Assembly (NCBI GenBank): GCA_051294375.1
Contig: CM119270.1
Location: 9,859,530 to 9,923,529, forward strand
Origin: Paraspadella gotoi
Lineage: Eukaryota; Animalia; Chaetognatha
Direction of reading: 5' to 3'
Length of the DNA stretch: 64,000 nt
Shown piece by piece: positions 11,434-21,981 of this stretch. Each line of letters opens with the position of its first letter. The first letter of the stretch is position 1. Below the pieces are notes generated by a model. The model saw nothing but the letters and a program-made list of their open reading frames with translations, was not told the DNA's origin and made no database searches. A program made the translations under genes and the position numbers.

Positions 11434-11583
11434 TTTATCAAGCTTGTTTTTCTCTAAATTTAATGAACATTCAGTAAACATATTAATCACAATTTCAATG
11501 AAAAGATTTTTTGGTAATTTGATTTCGCCATTAAATATTTGATTAGTTTTTTGCTTTAGCGTTTATTTGGTGCTTTTTATTTT

Positions 11584-14500
11584 TTATTCTTCCAGCTCCA
11601 GCTGCACCAATGCTTTATGATGTCGTCGAAACGTCCTTCCGTCGGCAAGTCGAACGATCGCTTCCCTTTTTGTTGGTCCGTCGCCCTTCAGCTCGACGAC
11701 TCGGCCGATCTTCCAATGGTCGCGAGGTGCATTCGGTTCGACGAGGAGGACGATTTGTCCCTCTTTCAGTGCCTCTGTCGACGTCCGCCACTTTGTGCGT
11801 TCCTGAAGAGATATAAGATATTCTGTGATCCACCTATGCCAAAACGCGTCGGCGATCTCTCTCACTTGTTTCCACGATGCCCTCATACTGTCTCCTTCTG
11901 ACGCTGCATAAGGTAATATTGTTAGTGATGTTGATGTATACAAGTAAGGGTATAGCATGTTCATTGGCGATAATGCTATTTCACTTTTAGGATCGGATGA
12001 TTCATGCGTTATCGGACGTCGATTCAGTATACCTGCGATTTCACTTAACACGGTTGCGAAGGTGTCGATGTCCAGCTCCTGAGGTAAGACGGCTGTGAGA
12101 TGCTTCTTCGTTTCCTTAACCATGCGTTCCCAGATTCCGCCCCAGTGAGGTGCGTTGGGTGGTCCGAACGTCCACGTTATTCCCTTCTTTGCGATGCCTT
12201 CGCTGACCTTTTCATCTTCTTTGAGTTTTTGTAATTGTCTTTCGATTTCGTGATGTGCGCCGGTTAAATTGGTGCCGTTGTCGGATACTAATGTTCGTAA
12301 GCCTGGATATGAATTTTTAAATCGGATGAGTGCATTCAACATTGATTGTGCTGACATATCTTTTAGTATTTCAAACGTGATGGCTCTCGTCGTCAAGCAT
12401 GTCAGTAATACCACGTTTTTCTTATTCAGTCCTCGGCCGGCGTGCTTTACCTGAAATGGTCCAAAGCAGTCGAGGCCGGTCACCTCGAACGGAATGGCTT
12501 GGTTTACTCTGAAGTCCGGCAACTCGCCCATCCTTTGCGGTTTCGTTGCTTTGAAGTTCTTTTGACATTCGACGCATCGGCGGACGATCTTCTCGACGGC
12601 GAGGCGGCCTCCCATCAAGGTGAATTTTTGTCGTAACGAGTGGAATGTTGCACATGCCCCTGCGTGAAATAAAGTCACATGTTCATATCGAATTAATGAA
12701 TTCACGTTTTCATCGTCTTTTGGTAAAATTATCGGGTGTTTGTTTTCGTAAGTCATTGTTTTGCTGTTGCCCAATCTTCCTCCCGTTCTCATCATCCCTT
12801 CCTCATCCACGAACGGATTCAATGACACTATTTTTGAGCTTCTATTTCTTAATTCTTTGTGTGCATTTGGTGACGTTACTCCCAATTTTATCAGTTCAAA
12901 TAACTCGTTTTCAAATCCCTTTCTCTGTATTGCTTTAATCAATCTTTTTTCAGCCTTTCTAAAATCTTCCCCTGTAATCCTTATCTTTTCTTTTTCAATC
13001 CTTTCCTTTCTCTTTTCTCGTCTTCTGTTTTCGATTAATGCTCTTATTGCTTTTGTAAAATATGCGATTCGACGTACTTTCTTTGCCCAATCACTGACCT
13101 TTTCTGTGATTCTGATCACCCAATCCTCTTTTTCCTCACCTAATTCCTTTTTTGGGTATTTCGTCGTGGCATTCGCGAAGACGAGTTCGATTGCACTGTA
13201 TTGGCTGTCCTCATGAACGGCGGCAAGGTTTACCGTGTTTTCCTTTTTCTTTTTGATGCTTTCGAGGTCGTCGGTGATCGGCCATCTGTCCTTTGTGAGG
13301 CTTAGCCACTTAGGTCCGTTGTGAAACGTTGACCATTTTTCTTTGTCGTCCGCTTCGATTCCTCGGCTTGTGAGATCGGCCGGATTTTCTTGACTTGGCA
13401 CGTACTTCCATTCGCTTGGCCTGGAAAGAAGACGAATTGTTTTTAATCTGAAATTTTCATACGTTTTAAATCTTTTATTCCAGTCTCTTATCCATCTGAT
13501 TACAGTGACTGAGTCTGTTAACATTGTGATCTCGTCGAACTCTTCGCCCGACTCTCGAATCATTAAATCTCTCAGTTGTGCGGCCAATCTCGCTGCATTT
13601 AATTCTAATCGCGGCATCGAATCTAAGTGATCGAGTTGATTGGATAAAATAATTTTTTCTTGCATTTTGATTGGTACTACGTGTGCTTTGGCATATAATA
13701 AGGTTACACGGCATTTATCCCCATCTTTATTTTCCTTCTTAATGTACAGTGCGGCTCCGTATCCATCCAATGACGCGTCGCAGAACGCTATTAATTTAGT
13801 CCTTACGCTATCCAGCCCTACTATCGCCGTCCATCTTGGGATTCGAATCTTCTTCAAGTGTATCATCTTTTTTCTCCATTCGTCAAATGTCGTGTGCAGT
13901 TCCTCTGGTAACTTGTCGTCCCAATCTAATCCGGCGGCGACGACCTTCTGCAGCGTAATCCTTCCCTTCAGCACTACTGGCGCGACAAACCCGAGCGGGT
14001 CGAAAACTGATGCGACAAGCTTCAACATTTCTCTTCTCGTATTTACTTCTTTCTCCGATTTCTCAGTTACCCGGACAAAGAAAACATCTTTTCTAGCGTT
14101 GTATCCTACCCCTAGCACCTTCGAGTCGTGCTGATCCAACGCCGGATCCTCCGGAAGTGCATTCTCGGCGATCCTCTCCAAGTCGTCCTCCAACTCTTCG
14201 TTCTTCTCTGTCTCACTCGTCTCCTCTTTCTTCTCCACCTCTTCGTCGCCGTCTTGTCTCGGATCGTCTAGCAGGATTCTCTCATCTGACGCCTGCCATT
14301 TTGTCAATTCGAATCCCCCTCTCTTCATTGCTTCAGTCATGTCCTTCCTCATCTTTCTTGCCTCTTTTATCCCGTCCAGTGCGTCCAAGTAGTCATCGAC
14401 ATATATTTTTAGGAAAAATGCGGATACGACCTCCGGCGGAAACTCCTTCAACTGGCTCAACTTCTTCCCATGATACTGGAGTACAAACGTCGCTACACCC

Positions 14501-15780
14501 GGGCTCCCGGCTCCTCCAAACACGTGCACCAGCGGCTCGTGGATCTCCAGCGTCTTCATCGATTCATCCGTATACCAATGATAGCGAAACGCGGCCACGT
14601 CTTTGGGATGTAGCTCCACTTGATGAAAAAACCCTTTAATGTCCGCCGAGATCGTGTAACGTTTTCGACGGAACTTTAGTAACATGCCAACCAAAGGAGT
14701 GAGATTGTCTGGCCCCGGAATCAAATGATCATTCAGGCACGTCCCTTTCACCTTTGATGACGCATCCTGACATAAACGGAATTTGCCCGGCTTGTCCGCG
14801 CGAGTCACTACCAACAGCGGCGCAAAAAACTCCGGTTGACCCTTTGGAGGATGGTCGACGATCGCCTTCCTCGAGTGTCCCAATTTGATCGTCTCCTCCA
14901 TCGTCTTGAATACTCCCTCTCGAACGACCGGATCTTTCCTCAATTTCGCCGCCAACTTTCTCGCTCTGTTCTCGGCACTCTTCGTCACGTCGTCTGTAAT
15001 GGTCTCGAAGAACTTCGCGGTCTTCTCCCTTCCCCGTATCCATGGTGACGGCGCTACATAGTGACCCGTCTCCTCGTTAAAGTATATTTCCCCTTCCAAC
15101 TGTTCGTACGCGTAATCGTCTTGTGCTGACGAGTGTTGTACTTCGGATGGATACAGCTCCGACCCCTTCAACAAAAAATCGTGGCGAAACATACTCGCAA
15201 TTAGATATTCTAATTTCTCAGTCTCCGGCAGAGTCGAGCAGCAACTCAAATGATCCCCTCCTTCATTTTCGCTTGCCCCGACCAATGTCCACCCAAACTT
15301 CGTCTTTAACGCCATTGGGTATCCCTCTGGCCCCGTCCTCGTCTCTCCGCCCATCCATGCGTGTGCAAGTCTTGTGTCGATGATCATCTCCACCGAATCT
15401 TCGTCCAACTCATCAAACTTTACTCCTTCCATGTAATCGTAGTCCGTGATTTCGTGGTTTTTTGTCGGTCGGTCGGTCTCGGTCGTCAACACATCGCCGA
15501 TTAGGACTTTTCTAAGTTCAGTAGTAAACGTGCCGTCTAAATTAGATATTTCAATGTCTGCGTAATCTCTCCATGCCCGTGTAATTTTGTTGTAAGTTGT
15601 TAGGTTTGTAAATTCTGCGTATGTCTTCAAGTCTAATTCTTGCGCTAATCGTGACGACACGGCCGAGCGGGTCGCCCCGCTATCTAGCATAGCGTACGTG
15701 GTTGCCGTTTTGTTATCGTTTTTTATCACTATTGGAACAATTGGCCTAAATGCTCCCGTAACCACGTACGCGGCAGCTAG
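11584..15780 (-). CDS. pol: BEL/Pao Pol: aspartic protease, RT, RNase H, integrase
   Basis: LDSGA (PR); ADIKGFFHQV and YVDD (RT); FDPLG and FCDAS (Pao thumb/RNase H); HH-CC, GLDCFGP, SDNG and GGIWER (IN). The frame is open from the gag stop. Confidence 0.95.
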   Translation of the reverse strand, partial: LAAAYVVTGAFRPIVPIVIKNDNKTATTYAMLDSGATRSAVSSRLAQELDLKTYAEFTNLTTYNKITRAWRDYADIEISNLDGTFTTELRKVLIGDVLTTETDRPTKNHEITDYDYMEGVKFDELDEDSVEMIIDTRLAHAWMGGETRTGPEGYPMALKTKFGWTLVGASENEGGDHLSCCSTLPETEKLEYLIASMFRHDFLLKGSELYPSEVQHSSAQDDYAYEQLEGEIYFNEETGHYVAPSPWIRGREKTAKFFETITDDVTKSAENRARKLAAKLRKDPVVREGVFKTMEETIKLGHSRKAIVDHPPKGQPEFFAPLLVVTRADKPGKFRLCQDASSKVKGTCLNDHLIPGPDNLTPLVGMLLKFRRKRYTISADIKGFFHQVELHPKDVAAFRYHWYTDESMKTLEIHEPLVHVFGGAGSPGVATFVLQYHGKKLSQLKEFPPEVVSAFFLKIYVDDYLDALDGIKEARKMRKDMTEAMKRGGFELTKWQASDERILLDDPRQDGDEEVEKKEETSETEKNEELEDDLERIAENALPEDPALDQHDSKVLGVGYNARKDVFFVRVTEKSEKEVNTRREMLKLVASVFDPLGFVAPVVLKGRITLQKVVAAGLDWDDKLPEELHTTFDEWRKKMIHLKKIRIPRWTAIVGLDSVRTKLIAFCDASLDGYGAALYIKKENKDGDKCRVTLLYAKAHVVPIKMQEKIILSNQLDHLDSMPRLELNAARLAAQLRDLMIRESGEEFDEITMLTDSVTVIRWIRDWNKRFKTYENFRLKTIRLLSRPSEWKYVPSQENPADLTSRGIEADDKEKWSTFHNGPKWLSLTKDRWPITDDLESIKKKKENTVNLAAVHEDSQYSAIELVFANATTKYPKKELGEEKEDWVIRITEKVSDWAKKVRRIAYFTKAIRALIENRRREKRKERIEKEKIRITGEDFRKAEKRLIKAIQRKGFENELFELIKLGVTSPNAHKELRNRSSKIVSLNPFVDEEGMMRTGGRLGNSKTMTYENKHPIILPKDDENVNSLIRYEHVTLFHAGACATFHSLRQKFTLMGGRLAVEKIVRRCVECQKNFKATKPQRMGELPDFRVNQAIPFEVTGLDCFGPFQVKHAGRGLNKKNVVLLTCLTTRAITFEILKDMSAQSMLNALIRFKNSYPGLRTLVSDNGTNLTGAHHEIERQLQKLKEDEKVSEGIAKKGITWTFGPPNAPHWGGIWERMVKETKKHLTAVLPQELDIDTFATVLSEIAGILNRRPITHESSDPKSEIALSPMNMLYPYLYTSTSLTILPYAASEGDSMRASWKQVREIADAFWHRWITEYLISLQERTKWRTSTEALKEGQIVLLVEPNAPRDHWKIGRVVELKGDGPTKREAIVRLADGRTFRRHHKALVQLELEE

Positions 15781-15783
15781 TCA
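15684..15783 (-). promoter_or_regulatory. Putative stop-codon readthrough signal (UGA-CUAG plus 3' stem-loop)
   Basis: gag TGA then CTAG, in frame with pol; perfect 12-bp inverted repeat at 15760-15771 / 15692-15703. Confidence 0.7.
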
Positions 15784-18207
15784 TGTCGTCGTCTCCTCCT
15801 TCACCGATCCCTCCCGGTGGAGCGAAGCGTGGTGACGCCTTCCGCATGTTTGGCATCCCATGAGGTTTGAGCATGATCTCGCCTGATGACCCCTTCCGAA
15901 GCACAGCATGCACAGCCCTTTCTCTTTCATCCATGCCGACCTCGCTTCATCCCCCAGCTCCAGGAACTTCGAACATACTCCCGTGAAATGTGTCTTCTCA
16001 CAGAACTCACACTTTGACCTTCTAGGACCTCTTGGGGCGTGGGTGTTCGGGTCCGAGTTCGGGTTCGGGTAAGTTTGTTTTGTCGTTGTTTCGGACTTTG
16101 TCGTTGCCGCTGCTCGAATCGCCACATTGTTACGGTGAAATCCGTACGTTCTCGCGCTTGGATTGTTGTTGTCACTCGTCTTTTCGTTGTTGTTGTTTAC
16201 GTGATTTTGTTTCAATAGTAATCCTTTTCGTTCGCTGACCTTTGATAATTCCTTTATTAGTTCAATAAAGTCTCCAAATTCCATTTCAAGGTTCCCTTTT
16301 TCCCGATCCTTCCCTTTCAATATGGCCATCTCGTGTCTTATCATCTTTTTCGAAACCGGATCCGCGAGAAATGGCAGCTTTTTGGAAATGATCTCAGTGT
16401 ATGTTTCTTGAGTTGAGAATGTGGCGGCTCGATTCGTTTCCTTGGCGCGAATGTGAAATTTCTCCATCTGGAGAATGAATGTACGCACGCCGGCATGATC
16501 TTTATCGGACAATTTTGGACCTTTTAATAAGTCCTCTAGCATCTGTTGGGCGGTGAAATTCTTTCTACCGAATTCTATTGTCAATGCTGTTTTCACACGG
16601 ACGATGGCCTCTGAGAAGTTCCCTGACGCCTCATGTTGTGAAACAATGATGCCAGCATCTCCATCAAAGTATTCGCGGAGTTCGGCCATAAGCATCTCAT
16701 CCGTAACGCCAACGATATGGTTTAATGACTCGAATAGATTCATCTGTGACTCAAAATCCACTCGACGATCCTTTCCATTAAATTTAAGCTTAGGGCGTTT
16801 CTGTCTCATTAAGCTTAGTGCTTGTTGTTGTGTTTGAAGAATGCAGAGTTGTGTAAGAGCGTCCTCGCGTGATTTCTCGACTGGCGATTTAATGTTTTCT
16901 CTTCCCTCCAGCTGCCGAGCGGGCGACGCGGTACGGGCACAGCAACAACTATCGCGGACGGGCGGCAACCTCGAGAACGATGGCGACGCCTCAATCACGG
17001 GATTCCCACATCTCTCCGACGGTTCTCTCGTGAGAATTGATAAAGGTGCCGGCGGAGGTGACGGCGTTACTACGAGTGACGGCGGCGGCGGGCGCGGCGG
17101 AGGCGTCGGGCGCAACTGCGGCGGAGGACACGGCGGCGGCGTTACTGTAAACGACGGCGGCGGCGGGCACGGCGGCGGGACAAACGCGCGCGGAGATTCG
17201 GTGGTTACGGGCTTGACGTTAGGCCTCGACGGTCTCAGCGGCGGCGCGGCTGCGGCGTGGTTTTCCCTTTCCATCAGGATGCGTACTGCTCGGCTAAATT
17301 CCTCTCCCGCCTTCCTTTTCATCTCTCGCAGCTTGTTCATTATCTCATTATCCGCTTGTCCCTCGTTGTTTGCCCTTTCACCCCCCCGTTCTCTCACCGT
17401 AGTGACGACGACCTTCGGTGCCGTGGTGGATAGTGGCTTCGCTTCCTCTTCGGCGGTGCGTTGACGGTTCTCTCGGGCGTGATCTTCACGGAGGTTCCGT
17501 CCGCTTCGGTGACTCCTCGCGGTCGACGTAGGAGCGGCTCCTGATTTGCACGAATACAGGTCCTCGTCAGTACTATTGTCGTTTGCATTGTTTAAATGTT
17601 CTTTCGCCAATCTATTTTTTCTTTCCTCCTTCCTCTGATTATATCTTATTTCGTTCATGTTCTCTTCTAACTCTATTTTCTTTCTTTCTCTCTCTTTCTT
17701 ACGGTATTCCATCTCGAGCATTCTTTCCTCCAGTTTCTTTCTTTCCCTCTCCTCCTCGATCTCAATCATTTTTTCTTCTAATTCTAATTTCCTTTTTTCT
17801 GTCTCTTTCTTCCTCCTAATAGCCTCCATTTCTAATTTTTCGTTCTCCTCCTCATCCAGTTCGTTTACTAACCTTCGACGTTCGGCCTCACGTGATGATT
17901 TCGACGAATGTGAATTTACGGTAACATTTCTCCTTGACGACGCTACGCTGGTTCTCGACGACGCGGGCGATGCGGACGGCAACGTCGTACCATGTGGCGA
18001 AATCGGCGAGTCGGACGTCGCTTCCAGCCAGCTTCTTATGCGCGGTAACGGACTACTATGGTGTAAAGGTGGGTTGGGGTTTTTTGCGGGAGAAAACGGC
18101 GATCCCTCCAGTTCCTCGACGGTCTCTAGATCCTCAAATTCCTCCTCCCCCTCTTCCTCTTCCTCAGATTCCGATCTCGACTTCGACGCGGCGCGCGGAT
18201 CGCTCAT
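15781..18207 (-). CDS. gag: BEL/Pao Gag
   Basis: Coiled coil, Pro-rich region and three C-terminal knuckles (CEFCEKTHFTGVC, CMLCFGRGHQARSC, CQTCGRRHHASLH). First ATG at 18207. Confidence 0.9.
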   Translation of the reverse strand: MSDPRAASKSRSESEEEEEGEEEFEDLETVEELEGSPFSPAKNPNPPLHHSSPLPRIRSWLEATSDSPISPHGTTLPSASPASSRTSVASSRRNVTVNSHSSKSSREAERRRLVNELDEEENEKLEMEAIRRKKETEKRKLELEEKMIEIEEERERKKLEERMLEMEYRKKERERKKIELEENMNEIRYNQRKEERKNRLAKEHLNNANDNSTDEDLYSCKSGAAPTSTARSHRSGRNLREDHARENRQRTAEEEAKPLSTTAPKVVVTTVRERGGERANNEGQADNEIMNKLREMKRKAGEEFSRAVRILMERENHAAAAPPLRPSRPNVKPVTTESPRAFVPPPCPPPPSFTVTPPPCPPPQLRPTPPPRPPPPSLVVTPSPPPAPLSILTREPSERCGNPVIEASPSFSRLPPVRDSCCCARTASPARQLEGRENIKSPVEKSREDALTQLCILQTQQQALSLMRQKRPKLKFNGKDRRVDFESQMNLFESLNHIVGVTDEMLMAELREYFDGDAGIIVSQHEASGNFSEAIVRVKTALTIEFGRKNFTAQQMLEDLLKGPKLSDKDHAGVRTFILQMEKFHIRAKETNRAATFSTQETYTEIISKKLPFLADPVSKKMIRHEMAILKGKDREKGNLEMEFGDFIELIKELSKVSERKGLLLKQNHVNNNNEKTSDNNNPSARTYGFHRNNVAIRAAATTKSETTTKQTYPNPNSDPNTHAPRGPRRSKCEFCEKTHFTGVCSKFLELGDEARSAWMKEKGLCMLCFGRGHQARSCSNLMGCQTCGRRHHASLHREGSVKEETTT

Positions 18208-18909
18208 CAAAACAACAGGACAATGCCCTAACACATACGGTACGGAACTGCTTCAGACTCTCCATCTAATACATGGCGTACGCGGTCGGTTTCGAATATA
18301 GGGTGCAATGCAATGATTGTGACAGTTCATGAAACAACGCCCGAACGCGTTCACGGGCTCCATTAGCTTGTGCGCGGTTGGGCCGAGAGATTAGCCTTGG
18401 CTTTCTTGATACGCATCGAAAAACTTTCTAATTCATGTTTTAGATTTTACGAACGCCCGTACTCCACGTTCAGTTGCATTTTTGGATCATTAAAATATTG
18501 TTTTTTTATCTGCCAAGGCCTCACTCATGCCATCTCGCTGGCGGCGTAGGGCCTGGTCATACTCACTTTGGCGTCGTTCGGGTGTTAACACGCCTCTTCT
18601 CCGTTCCTTCAATCCTTCCGGTCCTCGTCCTCGTCCTCGGCACGATTGCCGTGGTCGACGTACGTATCAGTGGATTGTCAACGTGTCGACCGGGTTTCCA
18701 AAAAACTGGCCCGAAAATTTTTTATTCCCAAAAAAATTTTCTCCTTCGCAAGAACCGTGTCCCCAGCGAAGCTCGAAAGCCCGACGACGTACAAAACTAT
18801 TCGCCAGGATATTAGAAATTTCAGCTGAAGTTCGGTAGAGACCAAAGGTCATCCTATTTCGCGCGCGCTCTCGGTTTTAGCCAATGTCCCACCCATTATT
18901 TTTTAGTTT

Positions 18910-19285
18910 TGAATATAAAGTAAAAAGGCTATTTTCGAGAACCTAATTTAATGTCTGTCTATCAAGTCACAATGCCAGTGTTAGACACGTACAAGTATTG
19001 TATTTAATTGTAGTGACAGTTCAAAACCTTAACAGTGTCAATTGATGTAAATAAATCAATTATTATTTCAAGTGTATTTCATTAAATACTTCACTAAATC
19101 AAGCAAGTGAGCATTGACCGCGAATCATCAGCAACTACTTTGTTTTATTTTCATCCCTCGCCGGCTCCGCTTCTCTCTGCAAACTGGCTAAGAGATAATT
19201 CTAACTTGCCTAGATACGAAGTAAACAACACGGTTTCTAAGAGTCGGATTCGTCATTAGCAGCGCCTCGTCGACTATTCGGCACA
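18910..19285 (-). repeat. 5' LTR of BEL element
   Basis: TG...CA bounded and near-identical to 5187-5503; the inner boundary is uncertain. Confidence 0.9.
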
Positions 19286-19329
19286 CTATTCTATGATTGT
19301 TTCTACGTCGTTTCTCTACAGTCTTTATT

Positions 19330-21960
19330 TACAACTGTAGTTCACAAGCTTCGGCGTCTCAGCTTTCCATCTTGTGGAGTTTTAGTCGCCTTCTGTGGTA
19401 CTTCAGGTTTTGGCCACCAATTGAGACAACAAACAGTGGATTTTCAGACAACAAAGTGATTTCCGTCTCTTTCGATGACCCTGTGCGGCCCGGAATAAAT
19501 TCTCTTGACCTTGTTGGCAGCCGTGGTAGTTCCAGAGACGATCAAATCTCGTCTTGCCAGGACCAGATCTCCGACCTTGATTGTTTCCGGTCTCCTATAC
19601 GGGTTATTCCGGGTCGATTTGTTGTACAGTTTTGTCCTTTGATCCGCGAGATCGGACCTGGCCTTTTCTTGCCTTTCGGCCCTCTTTTTGATGAAGTCGA
19701 TGAGGTTTCTCTTGGTATAATCGTCTGCTGCCTCAACGATTCTTGGTCTGTGGCCGAATTGTACTTCGTGGGGAGACATTTCCGTCTTCCACCCGATTAT
19801 CGGCGTGGCATTGAGTAACAACATGAGGTGGGGGAGTTGTTCAAGCCATTTGCTAGGTTTGTCTTCTACTGCTTTCCTTAATGCTTGTCGTATCCTGCCG
19901 ATATCTCTTTCAGCCCTATTGCTGTCTTTTCTCCCCACTAAGACTCGTCTTCCTACAGTGTCGAGGAGGTCGAGAATCGACCTCATTGCTTTTCCGTTCA
20001 GTTGCGTCGCTCCGTCGAAGTTGATTTCCATGTAGGATCCATGGTGTAAGAAGATGTTCTCGTCTAAGGCTTTAACGACGGTCTCTGCGTCAGCTCGGCG
20101 AAGGGGAATGGCCCATGTGTAAGCTGACGCATTATCTGATGCCACGAGGACGTAATTATAACCGGCAGCTGGAGGCATATGCATCACATCTATACTGAGA
20201 GATTCCCAGGGTGAGATGGCCAGGTTAGGTGCAGAGGGGGTTTCGTTATGTCTTTGTGTGTCGGTTGCCTTTGCGCAGTTGTCGCAGTTTCTGACACACT
20301 TTGCTGCTGCGCTTGTTAGTCCTGGTGACGAGATATACTGCGCCGCTATGAAGGCTGTGCGGTCGCGTCCTGGGTGGCCGAAGTGTTTGTGGATCTTGTC
20401 CACAATCTCTTCGGCCCTATTTGGGGGAATGACAAACTTTATTGTTTGGTTTTGGTTTTTATATCCCCTGATGACGAGGATGCCGTTCTCTGTTACATCA
20501 AGATCCGTGAGGCTATTTGCTAAATATCTTTCTGTAAGGGTTTTTCGCTTCTCCATCTTCTTGTTGAGAAGCTCTTCTGCGGTCTGTCGGTCATGCTTTT
20601 GTAATTCTCCTATTACGATTTTAAACAATTCGTCTTCTCCTTGCCATGTTTTGACGATGGATGCCATAGGGAGTAATTTTTCATCCTTGACATGCGGTTG
20701 TGCTGATTCCTCAGCCACAGCGGCTTCGGTGATGTCAATGCCTGCTTCCAAGGTGCTGTCGACCATGGCTTCCATCTTGGCTCCCAGCCATGTTGTTTCC
20801 ACCATCTCTATCGCGGAGCTTGTGGTTTCGTTTGGCTTCAGTTCGCCTCGTGCCTCCTTTCCTTTGTTTTCGAGTGTAATGTTAATGAGGTCCTCGGGGA
20901 GACGGTCTGCCTGATGTCTGCTAGCAACTGAGTGTCTTGGCCTTCCACGTCGTTCCGGTTGTCGTAGGTCGGACACCTTGATTGTCTGGATTAGGTCGCC
21001 AGCAGGGTGATGCAGGGGGCGTTGGGGGGCCACATCGCTAATCAAGCTAACTTGGCCCGTTATTGTCCTGAAGATCTTTATTTTTCTCTTCCCATTCGGG
21101 CACCCATAGATTTTCTCATATTTGCACCCAGTTTGTTGCATGGATTCTTCCTCCATCATGATGATGGTGATGCTGCTCATCTCGCTAAGAAGTTCGAGCT
21201 CTGGATGACCTAGACTCCAATCCTTGGCCGAAATTGTTCTGATGAATGTGTCAGCATCCTTGGTTTTAGGTTTACCGTACAGTTTCTGGATATTTGGTTT
21301 TCTCTCTGTGAATTTTTGACGGACAAATTCGAAGAACCTTGATCTAAAGGTCTTGACATCTTCTTGGAGAGTTTGTGCCATGAGCGTTAGTGTTGGTGCA
21401 TGACCTGTGATGAGGTCGAGGTGTTCTGGCGTTTGCTGCCCCTCGATCGGGTTCTCGGCGAAGCCTGCCTCGTAATTTCCTTCCACATCGAAGCCTGCAG
21501 GGAAGAAGGGGGTGTCTAGAGGGGTCACCTGCCCTTGATCCGTGAAGCGTGTGAGGAAGTCAGCTGGGTTATCCTCACTTTTTACGAGTATCACTTCCTT
21601 TGGCTGGCACTCTTGGCGGATTTCGGTGATCCACCTGAGGACGTTCGTGGGGAGAAGTTGCTGTTTATCGTGCTGCATGTCCATGATCCTCTTAAAGTAT
21701 TGAGAATCCGTGACAAGGGTTACTCTTCTGCCGCATGTGTAACCTTTGAATTTTCTAACCATCATGTTGAAGGCCAGAGTTTCAAGGATGTTAATGTGTT
21801 TAATTCTATACTCCTCCGGGAACGACTTGGAGTGGAATGATAACGGGTATTCTACGCCGTCGGCTGTTGCAGTGATAAGCCCGCCATCGCACTGGTGCTG
21901 GCGTCGGCGTATATCCTATAGGATCCGTTTTTTATCCTAGCATCGTTTAGAAAATTTAAT
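19330..21960 (-). CDS. Ty3/Gypsy-like Pol C-terminal part: RNase H, inserted domain, integrase (frameshifted)
   Basis: EYPLSFHSK...VTLVTDS...NPADFLTR (RH); HKHFGHPG...CDNC, SIDV, FDG, AER (IN); YSGPHRV (GPY/F-like). Confidence 0.85.
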
Positions 21961-21981
21961 CCGGGGGAGCTTTTAATTTCG

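Larger units (their letters stand above)
5187..19285 (-). mobile_element. Full-length BEL/Pao LTR retrotransposon with accessory ORF cassette
   Basis: Paired LTRs, a PPT, gag with three Cys/His knuckles and intact PR-RT-RH-IN pol with Pao-type motifs. Confidence 0.95.
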
